Assembly (NCBI RefSeq): GCF_001194135.2
Contig: NC_068990.1
Location: 87,268,503-87,313,481, forward strand
From: Octopus bimaculoides
Lineage: Eukaryota
DNA length: 44,979 nucleotides
Direction: 5' to 3'
Shown: positions 11,021-24,000 of the stretch, one piece after another
Layout: each line of letters starts with the position of its first letter
Numbering within the stretch: the stretch's first letter is position 1
Translations under genes and position numbers: made by a program
Notes under the pieces: model-generated
Databases searched by the model: none
What the model saw: the letters and a program-made list of their open reading frames with translations, nothing else
Told to the model about the DNA's origin: nothing

Positions 11021-12822
11021 GATGTGTCACCTTTGTAGTCTTTTAAAAGTTTTTAAATGTCCTTCCTCTCAGATAATGCCATAAGATTTGTGAAAAGTCT
11101 CAAGATCTTACAGAGCATTCGAAATGACTTGTAGGATGTAGTTCAAAGGAATATGGCCCATTCAATGCCAGCAAAGTCTTTAAACTTACTTAGTATCTGA
11201 TAGATTTTATACATTGATAAATCTAAGATAATGGAGGATTAATGTTTCATAGTTTATATCTTGATTCTTCCCAATATTTTTTCCATCTTTGACTAATTAT
11301 GCTTTTGTTGAATGATTTAAATTGGGATAGATTTGGAACACAGCCTTTATCTATTTCTTTTTTTATTCCTCTTGTTTTTAATTCTTTCTTGCTTCCCTTA
11401 ATACTTGTGTCACCAGGTGTCTAAATCTTTGTTACTTGTTTATTATTTTTCACTAAATATCTATTTTTAGAAGAATGATCTAAATTTTTATTGAAATAGC
11501 TCCAGGTTTCATAAACTATTTTAGTAAATAGAAAATCCTTTTTTTCATATATCTCTTAGGCAAAATCTAGATATCATTCCTCACTACTCTGCATGAAATA
11601 GTACAAAACTTATAATGCAGTCTGAACTTCATATTTGTATTTTGGAAGGTCCAGGTTGCCCAAAATCCTGTTCCATTGTTTGAATGTGACCCATCAGTAT
11701 AAATGAACCAGTTGTCAGAACAGTTTACATCATGCTCTCATATCCTTCAACTAATCTCTGTTTGTGCTCCCTCTTTTAAGCATCCAGTCGCCCATTCTGT
11801 ATCCGGCTATTCCTTCTCAGGAATGACACCCTCTTTAACTCTATCCATATACATTTCATCTGCAAAAGCCATATTGATGTAATGTTAGCTTTAGTAACCT
11901 CTCTGAGACCTTTTTAAAAGGTTGGTCATTGGTTCTTCTTTTGGAACCAAGAAAAATTTCGAACTTGTTCCTGTAACCGAGATGGTAAGCTGCTCCTCTT
12001 AGCAACCACTGCAGATTTAGGATTCAGAACATATTTCCCACTCCCATTTTAAAAATCAACCCTTGTCATGTAAGCCTCTGATGAAAGACATTCCGGCCAT
12101 GACCTTCATACTCCCCACTTCCACATGTTTAGTGAGTATTTCTAAAGCTTAATTTGTCCTTTGAGAGTCTCTCTCTCCCTCTCTAACACATTAGTTCCTC
12201 ATCTACTTAGTTTAAATACACAGAACGTCTTTTCCAATAAATCCTCGATTAGTGTATGAATAAAAAAAATAAGTTCATATGAAGGCAGTGCTTCAATGTG
12301 GTTAATTATCTCACACCCACCAGTAATGTCACTGAAATTCCTGTACAATATAACGTGTATCTGAATATATTTTTTAAACATTTTTTTCCCCCCTTTCTAA
12401 TTTATCATTCCATTCTAATTCATCCTTGTATGGACTATACCAATGTCATTTTGCTTTCGTTGTACCAGATTCCTCATCCTGCTGTGTTTTTCTCCCCTCC
12501 TTTAAATAGATGCCATTAACATGTAATTCTCCCCCTCCTCATAAACCTATTTGTAAGTTATGGGAAATGTGTCATCTGAAGCAATTTTTTTTCTTTCTTT
12601 ATGTACACCTCCAACCCTGCCCCTCTCTCTGCTTGATACCATGTCAACTGTGTTCTCTTGCTGTCAACATGCTGTTGATGCCATTTCCTTTGATATTTAG
12701 ACTCCTCACCTTTCCTTTTCTAGCCACTGAGTTTATCCAGTTAGCCAAATGATCCACAATCCACAAAGAAATAGAAAACGTTTATCAGTTAACTTTTTTA
12801 TGACCTACTGTTGTATTTCCAA

Positions 12823-12825
<3 letters not shown>

Positions 12826-12857
<32 letters not shown>
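12826..12857. repeat. (AT)n microsatellite
   Basis: Direct reading. Confidence 0.95.
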
Positions 12858-12861
<4 letters not shown>

Positions 12862-13899
12862 CTTTTTTTTTTCTATTACTGGTGTCAATATTGGTATTGT
12901 AGTCATTCTTGGGTGTCATTTGTAAGTGCTTAGTCTGATATTTAATCAATCCCTGTTTAGAATAGTTAAATGGTTTTGTTATAAAGGGAATTAACTCAAA
13001 ACGTAAATTCTAAAAAGTATTTTTGTACCCACATATAATGTACAATAGGATTGATAAAATGCTTGTGTAATTTTAATTTGAATAATAATTGTATGTGCAG
13101 AAAGGGATAAAGAATAGAATTCATTACATTTTAAAAGAGATTAAAACAGATTTATTCCTAAGAATAACTTTCGGCATAAACCTATCATTACCATGTATAC
13201 AAAATTCGATGTGCTCTTGAAGTTCTAGAAATATGTTTGGCATCTAATTTCCAGTTACATCCTGAATTACATTAGTTATTCCTAGCCTGAAAATCATCTA
13301 TAGAATAAGATTTAGTTGAATTAATTTCCATCTTTACATGTCCCAATAAAATGAAGTTGAAAATGTAGTATGTTAAAAATAAACAAAAGTAAAATAGAAA
13401 TATCGGTTTTCTAAATATTCTTTATGGACTAATTTTATCATTTACAGAAATAGTTAGAAAAATTTAAAATTGCATTAGGATTTTATAATGACTCTGTCTT
13501 ATATACCATTATTATTCATTTTAACATCCAATTTTCCCTGCTTGCCTGGGTTGGACAGGAACTGATTTGAAGGCAGGATTTCATGGTCAGTCTTCCTGTC
13601 ATTAATGCTCACTTGGTTTGCAAGTCAGGGATTTTATTTATTCACAGGACTTTGAAAGTGCTAGGCAAATGGTTGTCCTGTCCTTCAGAAATGTAAACAT
13701 TCCCATTCTGTGTAAACAGTGACAAGCAAAAAGTCCAAGATACACATACACACTCATTTTTACCAAATTCACTTGGCAGATCACCTACCTGTCTGGGACT
13801 TTAGTAGGGGGACACTTTCCCTAAGTGTTAAGCTGTGGTTAGAAAGTGAAATTCTTGATCATACAGCCATACATATATACATACATATAGCACAAGTAT

Positions 13900-14043
13900 G
13901 ACTGTTTAGAAGTTTGCTTCCCGGCTACATGGTTCCAGGTTCAGTTTCACTGTGTGACATCCTGGGCAAATATCTTATGCTATAGCCTTGGATTAACCAA
14001 AGCCTTGTGAGTAGATTTGGTAGGTGTAAACTAGAAGAAGCCC

Positions 14044-14075
<32 letters not shown>

Positions 14076-14248
14076 CCCCATCAGCACTTGACAATTGGTA
14101 TTGGTTTAGATCTCTGTAACTCGGCAGAAGAAGCCAACTGAATAAGTCCCAGGCTTAAAAATTAAATCTTGGGATCAATTCATTTGACTAAAATTCTTCA
14201 AGGGGGTGCCCCAGCACTCCCGCAGTCAAATGACTGAAATAAAAGATT
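13900..14248 (+). mobile_element. tRNA-headed SINE (family B) with internal (GT)n
   Basis: B-box-like GGTTCAGTTTC, body AAAGCCTTGTGAGTAGATTTGG, (GT)n at about 14047-14073, tail GGTGCCCCAGCA...GCAGTCAAATGACTGAAA; the same tail occurs at 42722-42779. Confidence 0.8.
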
Positions 14249-14279
<31 letters not shown>

Positions 14280-14684
14280 AATAGCATGCTTAATGTATGC
14301 ACACCATCAATAAGTCAGTTGCTGCAGTATTTGCCTTGAGATAGCATCTCTTATGGATCACTATTCATTAAATCAGTGAATATTTTATTCACATTCTCCT
14401 GTATCAGAGATGATGAATTCTTGCTGAAGCATGTGACTGACTGTGTGTATACACCATTGAAAAGGCCAAAATACATCTGGCACCCTTGCTGACTACTGCT
14501 GCTGGGATGGATTTTTTTCTCTCTTATATTTGTGTTTTTAACTCTGTAAGTCCTTAAAAGATACTATCTCGGGGCAAATACTGTAATTGTTGGCCTATCA
14601 ACTGTGTATACATTAAGTGCATTACATAGATGGTTATTTTAATTTAACACTGCCCTAATATTCATATCTTTTACTTGTTTTAGT

Positions 14685-15013
14685 CGTTAGACCACGGCCA
14701 TGCTGGGGCAGTATCTTGAATTTAAGTCAAACGGAATTATCCCAGTATTTTCTTTTTTTTTTTTAAGCCTGGTGTTTATTCTATCATTTCCTATTGCTGA
14801 ACCACTAAGTTACGGGGGACATAAACACACCAACTCCAGTTGTCAAGTGGTGGTGGGGAACACATACATATATACTCACACACACACACACACACACACA
14901 CGACAGGCTTGGCTCAACGCTATAGTGAGACACTTGTCCAAAGTTCCACGCAGTGGGACTGAACTCAGGACCATGTGGTTGGGAAGCAAACTTCTTACTA
15001 CACAGTGATGCCT
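14685..15013 (-). mobile_element. tRNA-headed SINE (family B), inverted relative to the 13.9 kb copy
   Basis: Reverse-complement head TGTGTAGTAAGAAGTTTGCTTCCCAACCACATGGTCCTGAGTTCAGTCCC; (CA)n at about 14877-14901; tail complement GGCCATGCTGGGGCA at about 14697-14711. Confidence 0.8.
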
Positions 15014-17149
15014 ATTCTATGCCTGTGCCTCAAATTCTAAACAATAAACTCTTTCTTGCATTGAATTATTTTCCTCTAGTTAGTAAGTACCAATTATATA
15101 TGCCTAAATTATATGCTGCATTCTGGTGTGCAATTTCTGTCTATCAAATTTCACTCCTAAGACATTGGCTAATTCAATTCTATGGTGGAATGCAATTGTT
15201 TTTACAAAGTGAACTTCATAACCACATACTCAACTTAACACTTAGATCTTTTTCTTTTTGTATGTGCATTTTTTCAGATTTACAAATGGTGACATGGTTA
15301 TATACTCTATAAGTTAAATCTATCATGGAAAGCTGGTTTCATACTGATTCTAATATTGTACCCAGTTGTGACCAGTGCTTGTTTTCAGTTAATGCAGGTA
15401 GTGGCAAGTTATATACAGGCTGTAGTAAGCTCTCAATTCAAGGCCATGCAACTGACCCCTTTAACTTCAGTTACTTTGTACTCATAGACTTGGCTGTCCT
15501 CCCTTAGTCTGCAAGAATAAGGAGGAGTGATGGCAGTATAAAGTAATTACACATAGTTTATACACTTCAAATTATATGAGGAAAACCAATGATTACTGAT
15601 CACAATGTCTCGGAGTGTAGGTTTCGTTTGTTACATCAGTTAGATCTTTAAGAAGTGCAGTATTCTGATAGGTAAATTAGCTCTAGAGCAATGTGTTGCA
15701 TATTCATAATATTTCTGTAGCTTTAGAGGTTATCTTTTTTTACTAGGCACTTAATTCTGTTTGCAATATTGCTCATTCCTCTGAAGACACATGGGGACAC
15801 CTTACCAATTTGCAACAGCTATAATCTGCTTGATCATCATCTTTGAGTTTATATGCCATTGTATAAGCAAATACATTCACACTTATGTCCTTATGGTTGC
15901 ATGTTAGTGATGTAACACTAACCTATTTTCAGTTTCAAGCAAAAGTATAAATGCCAGTCAATGGCTAATTTTGGTTTCTATGTGTGAAATAATGTCTGGA
16001 CAAATATAATGCTCTAGTCAAACATTTTCTCTCAAATTAGACTTGAACTGATAAAATAGTAAAGAAAATATTGGGCCCTGCACCACAGGACTAATTCTGC
16101 TTTCAATCTCATTACGTGAAACAGTATTTACCACATTGAATTTTCCCAAAATTCATTCGTTGCTATTATGTTAAACTATGATATGTCCAAATTTGGCCAA
16201 ATGCATTTTTTTTTTTTTTCCAATATTTATTTTTGCTTGCAATAGCTGGTTCTTTTGGTCAATCTATTGTATCTCCAGCTGCTTCATATGCCAAGATATC
16301 AAAAATTGTCAAAGCATAGTACAGCAGTTTTGCTATGGAATGGTGAAACTATATTTTGTTTTCTGAAAAAGCAACCTTTTGGACTTACGACCTTTTTGCA
16401 TAATAGCAAGGATATGAATTTGAGAATAAATATTTTTGTGCATGTATAAGGGTTGAATTTAGGTTAGGGGCCATGTGAATGTTTGTGTCATGTATAAAGA
16501 CTTAATATACATGTTTGCTGTACTTGTTACCTCCTACATGGTATTTGAAACCATGTTACTGATACCGAACTGTTTTTGATTGTACCTTCCTTCCCATCAC
16601 TATCCTTCTTTCCTGGAATCTTAAAACCCAAAATAAAAGCTTGCAACCAATTTTTAATTATCAGTTGACTGTTTTGTTTTAAGACAGTAATTCATGCAAT
16701 TATGTTCATTAAAGTTTATTTCTAACCCAAAAATATAAGCAATTGGAAAAATCCTGCTTCATTGTTTATCATGTTAGTCATTTGTCCACCACTGGCAGGG
16801 ATTGAACTGCCACACAGCACCCATTCTTGGTTTGATTCATGGTGTGTTTAGGGTATTTAGCTCATGATTATATGGTTATGAGTTTGATTCCAGCCAGTTT
16901 GATTCAGAACACTTTTTCACTGAATATATATCAAGTCCAAACTCAATCTTCTTGCCTCTGATGTATCTTCATTTGTATATAGTATTAGGTTTTTAGAACT
17001 GCAGAAATAGATTCATATTTGGAATGTTTTTTCTGTTGTTTTTTTATAAAAACTTGACAATTTACTGAAATGCTGAGTCACTGGTCTCTGACCACCACCA
17101 TAATACTTCTTGAAGTTTATTGGTACAGTTAATTTACCTGGATAATTCT

Positions 17150-17660
17150 TTTCTACTCTAGGCACAAAGCCCTAAATTTTTGGGGAGGGGGCCAGTTGGT
17201 TAGATCAACCCCAGTTTGCAACTGGTACTCAATTTATCGACCCTGAAAGGATGAAGGGTTTTGGCCGAATAGATCAACTCCTGTACTTATAGTTTTTCAA
17301 AGCCTGGCATTTACTCCCTTAGTCTTTTTTGTCAAACTGCTAAGTTACAGAGCCATACACAAACCAACACTGGTTGTCAAGTGATGTTGGGAGGCAGGCA
17401 CAAATATAATGATACACACAGCCATTGCCAGTACCGCTGGACCGGCCCTTGTGCCGGTGGCATCCAGCCATAGAAATCAAGCCAAATCAAACTGGAACCT
17501 GGTGCAGCTCTATGGGTTGCCAGCTCTGGTCAAACCATCCAACCCATGCCAGCAAGGAAAACAGACATTAAATAATGATGATGATGATGGCGGGGCTGTA
17601 GTAGACACTAGCCCAAGATGTCACACTGTGGAACTGAACCCAGAATCATGTGATTGGGAA
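17150..17660. mobile_element. Nested composite: SINE-A 3' part (-), SINE-B body (-), RTE-like tail (+), SINE-B head (-)
   Basis: Segments at about 17150-17268, 17270-17400, 17421-17590 and 17590-17660 each match other copies within this window. Confidence 0.7.
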
Positions 17661-19835
17661 TATTGATAGAGTAGAATGTTCCCACCCACCTACATACCTT
17701 TTGATTTGTGCAAAGGGAGGCAACTCAAATAGCTATAAAAAAATTAAAAGAAACCTGATAGTTATGGTTGTATGGATGGCAGCGGCAGTGTTGGTGTTTA
17801 TAATAAGGAATGAAGAAAAATATAAAGAGAAAGAACAAGAGATTAGAATTCACATGAAAAGATAGAAAGATGAAGAGAAAGAAAATAAGAGATATAATAA
17901 TGGAAGGTGGTAGTGTGTTGTTTGCTTCTGATGGCTGTTTTTTGTTGTTGGTAATGGTGTGACAGCAATGACATTACTTGACAAGTTATTTGCACCAAGG
18001 CAACACTAAATCATGTTTTTTTTTTTCCTTCAGAATTTGGCTACAAAAATTAATAGTTTGCTGTCAACTTTACTATTTACCACCACCACCACCACCATTA
18101 CCTTGCGTTGTACCAACAGCCTCACCTGAACAAACTCTTACAGTTTTAAGAGTGTCTATATATGTGTGCACATGTACACATGCATGTGCATATACTTCTG
18201 TATCAATTCATTAGCATTTCTTTTTGTCCCTTTTTTTTCTCTCCCTCCTATCTTTCACTGTTACCGCCTCAACACTGGTTGCAACATCTGCTTCTATCTC
18301 TTCTTCCCTCCATTTCTCCGTCTTACTTCCAATGCTGTCATCTCCACCATTGCAACAACAGACAATTTACTGCTTATGTTTCACTTGCAAACCATGTGGA
18401 ATCGTCTTGGCTTTCTCTAGTTGTGGTTTTACTTTTTCATACGGATGCTTTGTCTTTGAAGGTTTATGGTTAAATGTAGAAATCCCAATTTTAATATTCG
18501 GTTTAGTATTTGTTTTCTGCTCATGTTTTTACATCTGACAGTCAGAGGGTTGTCCAAAATACAAATTGTTCCACTAATTACTTTTAGCTCTTCTGTTTTG
18601 ATTATACAACTATTTCATTTCATTGGCAATTGAAAATGTCTCCTAACCATTTCCTTTCCTTCTATTGTATTTTATGTAATTTTTGGAGAAAAAGAAATGT
18701 TTCCCCTGAATTCATGGAATCTGCGTTATTACCTAGTGCAAAAGGTTTTTTGTATTCTTTACAAAGCACTTTCATCTCTTTATGATGATTTGAAAGTGTT
18801 TATTCCATGCATAAATTCTGTTACCAAGAGAGGAATACAGGAACTCAAAGCTATTAAAAATTATAAATTTTTGTTATCTTTTTTCTTGACATAATTTTTT
18901 TTTAAAAACTGGAGTGGCTAATGTAGTCATTTGGTTTGACTTTCCTATATTTTCCCAGTACTTGCTTCTTTTTCATGTTAAGTATGACTCAGTAATATAA
19001 AGGAACGCAAGTAAATGATTCGGGGCATTTAATCCTGCAGTTTCTGTCATTTCTCTGGCTTAATAATAATAGTAATAATAATAATAATAATAATGTTGCT
19101 AATGTCGGCTCTCACAGTGACCTGTCAATTCTTATCACCGTATGTCATGCCAATATACATCTTTGTTTGCATTACTTCCTGAGTTTGTCAATATCCTTGT
19201 TTGTGGGTTTTTTGGGTTTTTTTTTTTTTTTGCTTTTGTGGATCATTTCTCAGAGAAAAATAGTATCAAAGTATGTGTTGGCTCTGCAGGTGTGTCATCA
19301 GAATGGCGTAATTGACTTGTTACAGGTGTTAGATCAGTGTTCTTCATGTTATTTTTGCTTCACTTTATGGTTGAATGCTTAGCATTTAAAGATGTTACTC
19401 ATCTACAAAAACCTTTTCCTCCATATTCTGAATACATTTGATTTGATGTTGTAGCCAGCCAGTCACTATTGTTGTGAGTGTGCTGTGCATGTTACTTCCT
19501 AGTGTTTACTGCATTGAGCAAGTTTGCAAAAGGTATTACAAGTTCCCTTGTTAATTAATACTAGTTCTAAAAAGGGCCTAAACATTGCATTGCTTTTGTA
19601 TATCACATGGGCCCAAGAACAGACCGGAGTTTGGTATAGACAGGGTAAAAATTCTGGTATGATTACCAACCTTTATGCTATAAAACTGATAGGGGTTGCT
19701 CAACAATATACTGCCTACCTTTACTATAATAATTTGTGAAATAAAATTTGTTGAAGTCCTGTTTCAGACTTCTACAAATTAGCATTCATATCAAAAGTTA
19801 GCTTAGCCTGGCTTTAAGCATGAAAGATAAAAATG

Positions 19836-19836
<1 letters not shown>

Positions 19837-19868
<32 letters not shown>
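19837..19868. repeat. (AT)n microsatellite
   Basis: Direct reading. Confidence 0.95.
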
Positions 19869-19872
<4 letters not shown>

Positions 19873-20329
19873 GTGTATTGTATAAAGTGGGACGTCACTT
19901 TACTGTGAGAGGATGTATCAAACACAGAAGTTGTGTAGACTTGGAAATGAAGCAAGCATGCTTCCCTGGAAATGTAATGTGTGCTTGCATGAATGACATG
20001 GTACAAATTATAAATCAGTCGTAAGAGCAAAGACATGTTTATACAGATGTGAGGTGTATAGAGGAAAGCAAATGGCTGGAGAAGTGCCAGGATATTTGAA
20101 AGGAGACTGTAGAAAAGGAAGATAAAGGAAAACATGGACGGAAGATGGTAAAAGAATGTAACAAATGGTGAGATACTGTGTTGGAAAAGAACCCATCTAA
20201 CTCAAGCAAGCATGGAAAAACAACTGTAAAAAATGTGTGTGTATATACACACACTGCCCCCTTTTTCACCTGGGGTAACTATGTATCTTCTTTACAGCAA
20301 AGCACCTTTTCCTATCCTATCGTAGTCTT

Positions 20330-20510
20330 GCAAACTACTTGGCAACCTCACTGGTGCTAGTAACATGCAACAGCTCTCTACAATGTGGTTGTTTTTGGCT
20401 TGGGTTCTAAAGCCAGATGACTTTCCTAACACCAGGCATTGGTGCTTGATGCAGTTCACTGTCCTGTCAGATTGAGTCAAATCACCTAACCCATGCCAAC
20501 ATGGAATATG
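20330..20510 (+). mobile_element. RTE-like 3' tail repeat carrying an internal 45-bp inversion
   Basis: Flanks match the + strand copies at about 30180-30345 and 41030-41173, but 20390-20434 matches them only as the reverse complement. Confidence 0.65.
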
Positions 20511-22246
20511 GAAGCTAAAGCTACACCTACTCACAAAACCACATGTTTGTGCATGAGTGTGTAAGGATGTGTGAGTACAAGCACTTCAGTAAATGTGCAA
20601 GATCTAATCAAAAGAAAATTATGACTAACTTGTGGACCAGAAATGCATACCCTGGTATCATGTTGGTATCGTGTCACTTATGTTCAACAGTTAAAATGTC
20701 TTGTTTGTCTTAAGACTGTTTGTGGTTGTCTGTATGATGACACTTGGCTATTAACAAGTGGGCGTGGTGTGACTGATAGTTTTCTCGTTATTTACTCTTG
20801 TGATTAACATTAATTTTCATTTAAACACACAACCCCCAACCACATTTCCTGATCATATTTCCATCATATTCATAATTCTTATAAATCCAGCTTAGTTAAT
20901 AATGTACAATTTCCCAGAAACTCTAGATATCTGAAGTACTTGCAGTATTACTTTTAGGATCTGATTACATTACTTGTTGAAATCAAGGTCAGCCTTTCTT
21001 GAACAGATCTATGATCGAAGGAGATTCAGAGATGTCCATCTCATTTTAGGTTCCTCTCTACTCTGACCCTTGTGTACCCAGGACTACGTTTTCTACTATG
21101 TACTTCCTTTTAACATGGTAATATATGCTTTGAGTGGTATTTGGTTGCTATTCCCTGCAAGTCTTGCAACACTGTATAGAGGCTTTCATAGTAACTTGTC
21201 TTGTCCACTGTTTATCAGTGTTTGCTTATTATTTTTAGTTATTATTCAGAATAACAAGAAATGGATCCAAAAGTATAACATTACATGTGCCCCACCCTCA
21301 AAATCTTATTCATTTAGCTTAGTTGACTATTGTTGAACTGTTACCTGAGTAGGAAGCAAGTTGGTGCATAAGGTAAGACTAGTATGTGTGTGTTTATATT
21401 TAGTGGTGACTGAACAAAACATTAGTGGTTCTGAACCAATCATGGTGTTCGTAAACCTTAAAAGAAAAAAATGTGCAAGGAGGTGGTGAAATATGATCTT
21501 CAGTTGTTGAGTTTCACAAAGGTGATGACGAGTGGCCAAGTCTTCTGATGTTAAATGATTATTATTTGGGAAGTGGGATTACTGTGTGTATGTGAGAGAG
21601 AGAGAGAGAAAGAGAAAATGAGCTTTCTAAATAATCAAATGTTTTATATATCTGTAAAACAGTCCATTGAGTTTATAATAGGTGATAAAGGTTGACTCTT
21701 GCCTGATGAAGGGAAATATGTATGAAATTAATGTACTTTTAAACAATGGAGCAAACATGACTGATGCCTTCATATAGTTTGTATGGTGGTTGGTCTAGTT
21801 CCAGGAATTTTGGGTACAAGAGTGGAAAACCATGGCCCTCCTTTTATACTGCACAATGTAACACCATTCCTTGTGGTATTAAACTGCAGTGTTTAACACT
21901 TGCTCTTTGTCTTTAGTAGCGCTAACCCTTAACCTATATGCAAGCCTTCTCACTAGATCCATTATCTATTCAATATTTTTTTTTTTTTTTGGTGTTCTGT
22001 TGAGTGTCACTGGTCTGGGAAAGATTGCAAAGGTTGTGGAAACTGACCTTTCCACCTCTGATCAACAAGTACAAAAATTCTACACAATTGCCTTCTAACT
22101 CTGTCCCTCCTCCTCAATCACCACCACATAGACAGTCACACAGTCATTCATTTTCTGTCATTTCTCCCTCCATCTCTCCCTCTCTCCCCCTCTCTCTCTT
22201 TCTCAAAAAGTTTCTGCCAAAAATCCTGGCAGGTCACTGTAGTTGA

Positions 22247-22378
22247 CCTTCCTATTAAATTTCCCTCTCATTCAAAGAATTGAGGAAGAGGCTAAGTGGT
22301 GGAATTTTCTGACAGAGATGGTGGCTGTATTTTTTTCTTTTTTTCTTTTTTCATCGGAACCGCGTTTATCAAGATGTG
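22247..22378 (+). other. Candidate non-coding (5' UTR) exon of Rab5; start uncertain
   Basis: Strong donor GTG|GTAAGC at 22379-22384; five CpGs within 22355-22403 in an otherwise CpG-poor region; CT-rich tract upstream. The Rab5 ATG exon has a splice acceptor, so an upstream exon must exist. Confidence 0.33.
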
Positions 22379-23890
22379 GTAAGCCTCACAGCTCGTCTAC
22401 TCGATAGATATTGTGTAGCTTTAATCTATGCATCCATCCATTGATTATATTGACTCTCTTTTTATGGAGATATAGATAATTCAGTAGAGATTGAACTTGT
22501 AACTGTTTTTCAAAGTCTATGTGTGCATACTGCAATAATCCAGTGCAGTTTGCTACATCAGTCATCAAATCGCTGTTTTAGCATTACAGGAGTTTGGGGA
22601 TTCTAGATTATGACACTATTATAGAAGGACAACATCACATCCTGGTTTGTTAGAAAAGGACTATCATCCTCAACACTCCTGACCACTTGACCTGCAACTG
22701 AAGTCCTATTTTTGTATGTGTATAAGTACATGTAGTAGTAGCAGTAGTAGTAGTAATTTTGTGTGACTAGTTCAAGCTATAAAAAAAAAAAGAAAGAAAG
22801 AGTACTCAATGCTTCAATAGCGAGTTGAAAAACTTATATGTATTCTCAGGTTTAAAAGTGAGAACAGTGTCTACCTGAAAATTGTTCCTTGCAAGAAACC
22901 TCATTGCATATTATTATTATAATTGAAATCACCTCCATGCTATTTTACCGTTGTTTTATTTTTTTTTATAGGCCAGTTGAAGTGGTTTAAATTTGTTGGG
23001 GCTTTTTTTTTTTTTTCCTCCATATTTGAATCCTACTCTTCTTACTGTTAATAACTCAACTGTGAAGAGGACAATTGTTTTTGATTGGATGACAAGGAGA
23101 GAGAATTTCAAATGAAGAACAGATTGTCATTTCTTGTTTTGCTTAAGCATTAATTCACTTGATTTTATTCCTAATTTCTTTTAATTATCTCCCCCTTTAT
23201 TTAAAAGATTTTTTTGTTTACTTAAGGTTGTTAGCAATGGCCACCAGGTAGCTTTGTCTTCTTTCTCTGTATTTAAAAGAAGCTTTAATAAATTAAGACT
23301 CTATTGTGTATGCTATTTGAAGTGGGATGTATCCTATTTTATCTAAATTTCTGCAGCTGGTCCTTTTGAGTTACTTACTTTTAGTGTATCTTCCCCCCAC
23401 ACACACACACACACACATACACTATTTTTGCTTTATAACGATTGGAAAAAGGTGGGTTATTATGCCAAAATTATTGGCTTTGAGACCAGACCATTTGTTT
23501 CAAACTATTCTCGCCAGGTTCTCTATAGCCAGTCTCATGTTGAATTGAAGAGAAGAAAAGCACAACTAAAATTATTATCTGAATTTTTTTCTTCTAGAGC
23601 TGTCACAACAGCTAAGTTTTTAAGTGATTTATGTATATTTTGTATGTGTGTGTGTGTGTTTAGAGTTACTTTTATTGTCTGGCATTCCAGTGTGAAGTGC
23701 TTATTTGTTTATCTGCACAGGGGCTCGTTAGCTTTTTTTAATCTGTTCCTTAACAACAAAGATCATTAAGCCTATTGCATAACTCTCTAATCTATAACTT
23801 TGGGGAATGGGACAAAGATCTACCCTTGAACAGTATTCAGTCAGATGAACATAACTTTCTTCAACATTACCTGTTGCATTTCCATCTACC

Positions 23891-24000
23891 AAAATTCCAC
23901 TCACAAGGCTCTGGTAAAGACAAGGCTATTGTAAAAGATTTTGCCCAAGATGTCTCACAGTGGGACTGAACTCAGAACCATGTGATAGGGAACAAGCACA
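23891..24000 (-). mobile_element. SINE family B 5' fragment
   Basis: TTCCACTCACAAGGCTCTGG...CAGTGGGACTGAACTCAGAACCATGTG matches the other minus-strand heads. Confidence 0.7.

Noticed and set aside
18162-18538. Three overlapping 84-104 aa ORFs
   Set aside because: Pyrimidine-rich, low-complexity sequence with no convincing splice context or homology.
20734-20776. ATGATGA...CTGA resembling a box C/D snoRNA
   Set aside because: Only 43 nt, with no terminal stem or internal C'/D' boxes.
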